A stretch of 64,000 bases of DNA. Source: the human T2T-CHM13v2.0 reference genome, Homo sapiens. Below, piece after piece: positions 55,140 to 64,000 of the stretch. A model generated the notes under the pieces. It was not told the origin of the DNA. It worked only from the letters and a program-made list of their open reading frames with translations, and did no database searches. Positions within the stretch are counted from its first letter, which is position 1, and every line of letters begins with the position of its first letter. The translations under genes and the position numbers were made by a program. The stretch is taken from assembly GCF_009914755.1 (NCBI RefSeq), contig NC_060930.1. One strand, written 5' to 3'.

Positions 55140-55250
55140 CTCCCAGAACCTAATTTAAAGCTCAGATACTCGTATCCCCACCCCCAGGACTTTGATTTGA
55201 TGGGACTGGCGCGGGGTCCAGGAATCTGCACTGTGATGCTCTCCCCGCAG
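55140..55250. mobile_element. MER5-like MITE fragment
   Basis: CCCCACCCCCAGGACTTTGATTTGATGGGACTGG...CCAGGAATCTGCA. Confidence 0.5.
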
Positions 55251-56487
55251 AGTGCGCTTTGCGCCTGGCAGGAGGGGCTCAAAGATGTGTCTGTCAAGTG
55301 AACGAACTAACAGGACTCATGAGGGACTCAGCTTTGACTACGGTGGGCAGGCCTGCAGCGTTCACATTTTCCCGATGATTTCTGTGTGGGCTGGACTCCC
55401 CCGCCCGCCGACACCAGACACACCTGCTGCCCCCTCCCCATCCAGAACCCCCGAGGAAAGGAAATTTGCACTGCACAGCGGGTCTTCACAGGGCAATTCC
55501 AGCATCTGTGCAAAGCGGTTTCGCGTCGGTTAATGCTGCCTTCGATGAGAAGGAAGACGTTATCACAGGAGGGAGCTAGCTCAAATTAAAGAGTTCGAGG
55601 GCCCGAAATAGCTGGGAAAATGGCTGCCTTTGTAAGAAAACCAAACCTACTTTGCTGAGCGGACTGGTTATAAAACATCCAGGGAGAGAAGACGGTCTTG
55701 GAAGCCGGACAAGAGGGAATGAAACAAAAGTTAGATCGTGTCAGCCTTTGAAATGCCCCTCAGAGGCAGCGTGGCCGATGTTTTCTGGCGAGATACAGGG
55801 AGCTGGTCTTCATTCCCTCCTCTGTGAAGTGGGGGTTCCAATGCTCCCTCCCTCGGGGCACCTTCCCTCGGAGTTCCTCTTAAGGATCAAATGAAATGCT
55901 TTAAATTGCTCAGGACAGTGCCTGGCACCGGGTGAAACTTGGGCGTTTTCACCATTACTTTCTGATTAGCATGCACGTGGCCAATAGTGCGCACCCACAT
56001 AAAGGCAGGGCGGGTGTCCACCTGCGCCTAGGAAGAGCAGTCCTGGCACCCCCTCTCCCCACCCAGCTTGCTCCACCACCAACCAAGGGAGCCTCTGGGG
56101 TGAGCTGAGGAAGGGTCGGGGTGCTCAGGCCTGTCTCCCGTCAGGATGTCCTGCAGCCTCAGCAGTCTCCGTGGGCCTCTCAGTCGTGGTGGCTATTAGG
56201 GGCTGACTGTGGCTGCGGGATCCAGCTACAGGGTAAAAACGGGTTTCCCCAGGGTGGGTGACCCATCAGCCCAGGAGGAGACCTGGGGCCTTGAAACCAA
56301 CCCCCTTCTACCTGGGCATGTAGAGCCGTGCACTCGCTGGATAGACATTTATCTCCATGTGGAGGACTGGGATGGTCCCTCCACAGGGAGATAAATGTTT
56401 ATCCAGCAGGTGCACGTGTCTCCAGGACCAAGTGCTGAGATTCTGGTTTCGACTTCAGACTATGCTGCTTGACCTAGTAAATAATAA

Positions 56488-56512
56488 GTGGAGTGGAGTG
56501 GAGTGGAGTGGA
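56488..56512. repeat. (GTGGA)5 pentanucleotide repeat
   Basis: Directly visible. Confidence 0.9.
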
Positions 56513-57521
56513 GGCTTGCTTCTGGGAGCGGGCTGAGAAAACACAATTATGCACTCCTGTTCAGCCAGAATCCACACTTACCATGTGACTCTCCTGAAAA
56601 TCAACCTATAAATGATTTTCTCCTTTCCTTATTCTTGCCCCTTTGCTACAAGATGCTACTTTTTGTATGAAAGGTGATTGAAAGCACATGCTCTAGAAGC
56701 AGTGACTCCACAAACTTACTACAGAAAAATGAAGAAGGGCCTAATGGGAGAGGCACTTCTGTGGTCCTTACATGTGGATACAAAGGGCAGCTTTGCTCTT
56801 AGGAACTTAGGAAATTTTCCAGCATTTATTGAGCGAGGTGCAGACAAAACCAGTGCCAACTGTATCCCTGATAGTGTTGATGGGAGGTGCTGTGTACCAG
56901 TGCTGTGATGGACTGTGCCATATTGTGTTGCTTCCTGAATAAAATTAATATTTTGCAGGCACTATGCTTTGAAAAGCAAAGATAACAAGATAACTGGTGC
57001 TTTCAAAAATCTGTGATTCATTTTAAGAGTAGTAGTCACATTTTAATGAACAAAACTGTGTATATGTATGGTATACAACATGGTATCTGATATATGTATG
57101 CACTGTGGAATGATGAAATCAGACTATTTAACACATATATTAGCTCACATACTTATCATTTTTGGGGAGTGGGAACACTTACAATCTACTCTTTAAGCGA
57201 TTTTTAAGAATACAGTATATTGTTATTAACTCTAGTCGTCATGATGTACAATAGAGCTGTTGAATCTGTTCCTCCTGTTTGACTGGAATTTTGTGTCCTT
57301 TGACCAACATTTCCCCAGACTCCCTCCCTGACAATCCTTGGTAACCACCATTCTCCTCTCTTCTTCGATAAGTTTCACTTTTTAAGATCCCACATATAAG
57401 TGAGATTATGCAGTATTTGTCTTTCTGTGCCTGGTTTATTTCACTTAACGTAATGTCCTCCAGATTCACCTGTGTCGTTGCAAATAATGGGATTTTCTAC
57501 TTTTTTTAAGGCTGAATAGTA

Positions 57522-57974
57522 CAGATTGACTATCTCTTATCCAAAATGCACGGGACTAGAAGTATTTTCGATTTGGGAGTTTTTTCAGATTTTGGAATAC
57601 TTACATTATTCTTACTGGTTGAGCATTCCTAATCCAAAAACCCCAAATCCAAAATGCTCCCAAATCCAAAACATTTTGAGTGCCAACATGACACCAAAAA
57701 TGGAAAATTTCACACGTAACCTCATGTGACAGGTCATGGTCAAAACACAGTCAAAACTTTCCTTTGTGCACAAAATTGTTTAAAATATTGTGTAAAATTA
57801 CTTTCAGGCTACATGTGTAAGGTGTGTATGAAACATAAATGAATTTCATGTTTAGACTTGTGTTCCATCTCCAAGATGCCTCATTATCTATATGCAAATA
57901 TCCCCAAATCTTAGAAAAAAAAAGTTTGAAGTGCTAATGGTCACAAGCATTTCGGATAAGGGAAATTCAACCTA
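57522..57974. mobile_element. Tigger4 (MER46/Zombi) non-autonomous DNA transposon
   Basis: Decayed TIRs CAGATTGACTATCTCTTATCC and GGATAAGGGAAATTCAACCT, TA flanks, internal CCTCATGTGAC. Confidence 0.85.
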
Positions 57975-57990
57975 TACCATATTTTCTTTT

Positions 57991-58292
57991 CTTTTTTTTT
58001 TTTTTTTTGAGACGGAGTCTCGCTCTATCGCCCAAGCTGGAGTGCAATGGTGCCATCTAGACTCACTGCAGCCTCCGCCTCCCGGGTTCAAGCAATTCTC
58101 CTGCTTCAGCCTCCCGAGTGGCTGGGACTACAGGCACCCACCACCATGCCCAGCTAATTTTTTTGTATTTTTAGTAGAGAAGGGGTTTCACCATGTTGGT
58201 CAGGCTGGTCTCGAATGCCTGACCTCAGGTGATCCACCTGCCTCAGGCTCCCAAAGTCCTGCGACTACAGGTGTGGTCCACTGTGCTCAGCC
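57991..58292 (-). mobile_element. AluSx-like
   Basis: TSD CCATATTTTCTTT/CCACATTTTCTTT. Confidence 0.93.
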
Positions 58293-59783
58293 CCACATTT
58301 TCTTTATTCATTCATTTGTTAATAGACACTTAGGTTGTTTTATATCTTGGCTATTGTGATAATACTGCAATGAATATGGGAGTGCACATGTCTCTTTGAC
58401 ATACTGAGTTCCTTTCCTTTGAGTATATACCCAGAAGATGCATTGCTGGATCATATGGTAGTTCCATTTTTAGTTTTTTGAGGAATCTTCATACTGTTTT
58501 TTATAATAGCTGTACTCATTTACATTCTCACCAACAGTGTGCAAGGATTCCCATTTCTTCACATCCTTGCCAACACTTATCTTTTGTCTTATTGATAACA
58601 GTCATTCTAACAAGTGTGAGGTGATATCTCATTGTGGTTTTAATTTGCATTTCCTTGATGATTAGAGATATGCAACATTCCTTCATATACCTCCTGGCCA
58701 TTCATATGTCTTCATTTGAGAAATGTCTATTCTCATTTTTTAATTGGGTTATTTGTTTTCTTAGTATTGAATTGTTTGAGTTCCTTATGTATTTTGAATA
58801 TTAACCCCTTATTAGGTTTGTGGCTTGCAAATATATTCTCCCATTCTGTAGGTTGTCTCTTCACTCTATTGATTGTTTCTTTTGCTGTGCAGAGCTTTTC
58901 AGTTTGATGTAACCCCATCTGTCTATTTTGCTTCTGTCTCCTGTGCTTTTGGGGTCACATCCAAAAAATTATTTTCCAGATCATTATCATGGAGCTTTTA
59001 CCCTTGTTTTCTTCTTCAGATCTTACATTTAACTTTTAATCCATTCTAAGTTGATTTTTGTATATGGCATAGATGAGAGTCTAATTTCATTCATGTGTAT
59101 GTACATATCCAGTTTTCCTAGCATAATTTATTGAAGAGATTATCCTTTTTCCTTTGCGTGTTTTAGGAAACTTGTTGAAAATTAATTGAAAATGTGTGTG
59201 TTTGTTTCTGGGCTCTCTGTTCCATTGGCCAATATGTCTGTTTTTATGCCAGTACCATACTGTTTTGATTACTATTGTTTTCTAGTAGATTTTGAAAGCA
59301 GGTAATGTGATGCCTCCATCTTTTTTTGCTCAATATTACTTTGGCTATTTGGGATCTTTTGTGGTTCCATATGGATCTTAGGATTTTTTTTTCTGTGAAA
59401 AATATCATTGTAATTTTGATAGGGATTGCGTTGAATCTGTAGATCACTTTAGGCAATATGGACATTTTAACAATATTAATTCTTTCAATCCATGAACATG
59501 GGATATTTTTACATTTATTCATGTCTTCAATTTCTTTCATCAGTGTTTTATAGTTTTCAGCATACAGACCCTTCACCTCCTTGGTTAAATTTATTCCTAA
59601 GTATTTTAGTATTTTTTGGTAACTCTTGTGAATGAGATAGTTTTCTTGATTTATTTTTCAGGTGGTTCACTGCTAGTATATAGAAACAACACTGATTGTT
59701 AGTATATAGAAATAACACTGTTGATTTTGTATGCTGTAACATTACTGAATTTGTTTATTAGTTTTAACAGATTTTTGGTGGAG

Positions 59784-61489
<1,706 letters not shown>

Positions 61490-61884
61490 TTTGATTTTTG
61501 AATATATTCCATAAATCCATAAATGTAGAAATGTCCTAAAACCATCTATGTTTTGTTTTTCTTGGCCTATATTGGCAAAATTTATTTTATTTTTTTGATA
61601 CATTTATTTCTTTTCTTTTAAACTCACCCTTATAAAAAAAACTCATTTGGCTAAACAGTCCTTATTAAGCAGACACTGACAAAGATGGGTTACAATAATT
61701 ATTTGAAATTTTTCTCTGTTCCAGACCTGTGGTATATGGAACCATAGCATAGCTCTGCACCATACAGCCACAATATTTATTTATATTTAGAAAGTTGTAA
61801 CAGTCTTTTGCCTCTAGGATCTTTGTCAGTTATTTATGGTACTGGAACAGGAACGTAGAAAGGTTTTTCCCACTTTTCCACTAG

Positions 61885-61941
61885 TATATTTGAGTTTTGT
61901 CATACTGTTGTATGAACGACGTTAACTTTCTTTTGACATAG
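61885..61941 (+). other. Candidate 57-nt non-coding/poison exon or recursive splice site
   Basis: TTTTTCCCACTTTTCCACTAG acceptor, TAG|GTAAGT donor, stops in all three frames. Confidence 0.25.
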
Positions 61942-63099
61942 GTAAGTAAAATAGCTAACAATTTTATGTTATGTTTTGGTGGTGTGAGTTTTTATTCTAG
62001 TAGACTTTAATTAAATACCCTTTGTCATTCAGTTAATATATCTGTCTATTTAAATTAGTTTGTCTTTAAAATAGAGCTACTAGGTAATTAGGTTCAGTGC
62101 CACATCCTGGATTAATAAGAAGTTTCTAATTTAAGACCACGTCATTGGCAAACTTTGCATTAAACATGTGTTCAGGAATGTTCAATACATTAAGTCTTCA
62201 GTACTCTCTACTTCTCTACTTTGAAGCAATCATGATTTTAAAAAATTGAACAATGATAGAGTTTTTATTATGTATTATTTGATAAAACCTTTGTAAGTTA
62301 GGAAGCATAGTACTAAAATGAGCAGTCACAAATCCTCCAAGTCTCAGAACTAGAATTTTACCAACACTGTTGTGTTTCTCTTAGAACAATCTCACAATCT
62401 TACTCTCTTACCTTTTCCCAAAGTTAACCACAATGCTAATTTTATAATTTATTTTTTTAAATGGCAATTCCAGGTTCAGATTTAAGACTTCTGTTTTCAC
62501 ATTCTATTTTCTTTACTTCTAATCATTTTGCTGAAAGTGACCTTCCATGGAGTAAATGACTGGATTGGCTTTCACTAGCCTTGTCCACACACAAGAGAGT
62601 CAAAGAATGGTACCTTTACGATTTCTAGAGGGGTTCCAAGAAGGAATGAAGGAAACTGTTAGTTCATATTGTTGTCTAAACTCTGCTGTTTTCCTGTTGT
62701 TTCTGTATTACTGGCTCCAAATATCAGCCTCTAGAAAGTTCATCTTTATATCCCTAACACTTAGAATAGTGCCTGGGACACAGTAAATGTTCAGCCAGTG
62801 TCCATTATATTTAATAAATGTCATAGAAAAAATTAGATGGAAGATTGTTTCCATACCATTTCATTTAAGATGTTTGACCATGTGAAGTGAAACAGTGAAG
62901 AGAGTGTGTATGTTAAACCATGAATTACATGAAGCCTCTAGCAGGTGCACCAGATCCATGATCTGGGTTGGTTCCCATGCCAACCCAGTGACACCCAGGA
63001 AAGGTCCGCGGGGAGACATAATGTCAGCCAACTGTGTTGGGCTGGAGATCTCTCCTCCCTGTAATCCTCACTATCACCCACCTGTCAGAAAGCCAGCAT

Positions 63100-63350
63100 G
63101 GCATTGTGATTAGGAGCATGGACTCTGGAGTCCACCTTCCTGGATTTAGGTCCCACCTCAGCCACTAACCAGCTGTGTGACCTTGGGCAAGTTACATACC
63201 CACTCTGTGCCCCCAGTTATGGGAAATGGGGATATAGTACTTACCTCATAGGAGTGTTTTGAGGATTAAATGAACACAGATATATAAATGTCTTAGAACT
63301 GTGATTGGCACATCCTAAGTGCAGTGTAACAGTTTGCTTTTATTTTATGT
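63100..63350 (+). mobile_element. MIR
   Basis: GAGCATGGACTCTGGAG...CAGCTGTGTGACCTTGGGCAAGTTAC...TGAGGATTAAATGA. Confidence 0.88.
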
Positions 63351-64000
63351 GTCTTAAGGTTTTTTTTACTGTGTTCATATTTTCAGTTGGATATCACCAC
63401 CTTTGGGATATTGATTTCTGACAATCGGTTTCCAACAGGGGGAGTGGAAGGTCCTTCTTCTCAGGCAGCCCCTGGTATGGCTCTCAGGCCCTGGAAATGC
63501 CCTCCTGCTGGCATTTGCCTTGTGCCCCTGCCCTTTCTGAAGTGCCCTTGCAGGCTTTTCCACAGGAACAGCCCTCAGTTTAAATACCTCGTTAGCCATC
63601 GCTTTTGCCAAAAGCTTCTGAGCTCACAGGAGGTTGGCTCTACTTCTCAAAGGTGTAAACAGAAGTGGCATGGAGGTGTTTACCTTTAAGCCTGATCAAG
63701 TCGTTATCAGGACAAATATGCCAAGGGAAAGAATTCACTCGATACGTATGAAGTAGAGTTGTGCAAAAACAAAGCTGTGCACTGGGCCTGCCCAAGTGGA
63801 CACTTCCCTGGTCCCCTCCTGGCCCAGAGAGAGCTGGAAGGCTGGTGGTGGTTTGATGATTGAGCCATTTCTGTGGTTTCAATGTGAATCTGATCAGACA
63901 AGCCTTCCCACCTCCATGAGTGAAAGTAGACAGCCCTTGCTGGGTTAGACTCTCCTCACACAAAGAGGAAAAAGGGGAAGCTGCCAGGATCCTCGAGGGG

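Larger units (their letters stand above)
57040..59783 (-). mobile_element. L1 (L1MA-like) 3' segment with Tigger4 and Alu insertions
   Basis: Antisense 3'UTR; decayed ORF2 peptides in track (58733-58918 [16 protein letters not shown]; 59244-59576 [30 protein letters not shown]). Confidence 0.92.

Overview
Primate (human-like) genomic DNA, densely repetitive, with no supportable protein-coding gene, RNA gene, CRISPR array or foreign insert. The window holds about 30 Alu elements or fragments (AluJ, AluS, AluY and a free monomer, many with visible target-site duplications). It also holds old L1, L2 and MIR fragments, MaLR LTRs (a clean THE1-type solo LTR and several MLT1), DNA-transposon relics (Tigger4, MER5A, MER113-like), a 9-unit 50-53 bp minisatellite and several microsatellites. 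The longer or recognisable ORFs in the track are Alu read-throughs or decayed L1 ORF2 pieces; the rest look like chance ORFs. Mostly antisense old L1/MLT1 fragments and + strand splice-like motifs suggest a large intron of a + strand gene, which I cannot name. I found no evidence of a new biological system. The best second-look items are: three palindrome-plus-local-duplication scars consistent with template switching; a twin-priming-type inverted L1; a tail-less Alu fragment with direct repeats; a recursive-splice/poison-exon-like motif near 61.9 kb; a candidate alternative first exon near 29.9 kb; and closely spaced inverted Alu pairs. Repeat subfamily calls are from memory of consensus sequences, and boundaries of old elements are approximate.
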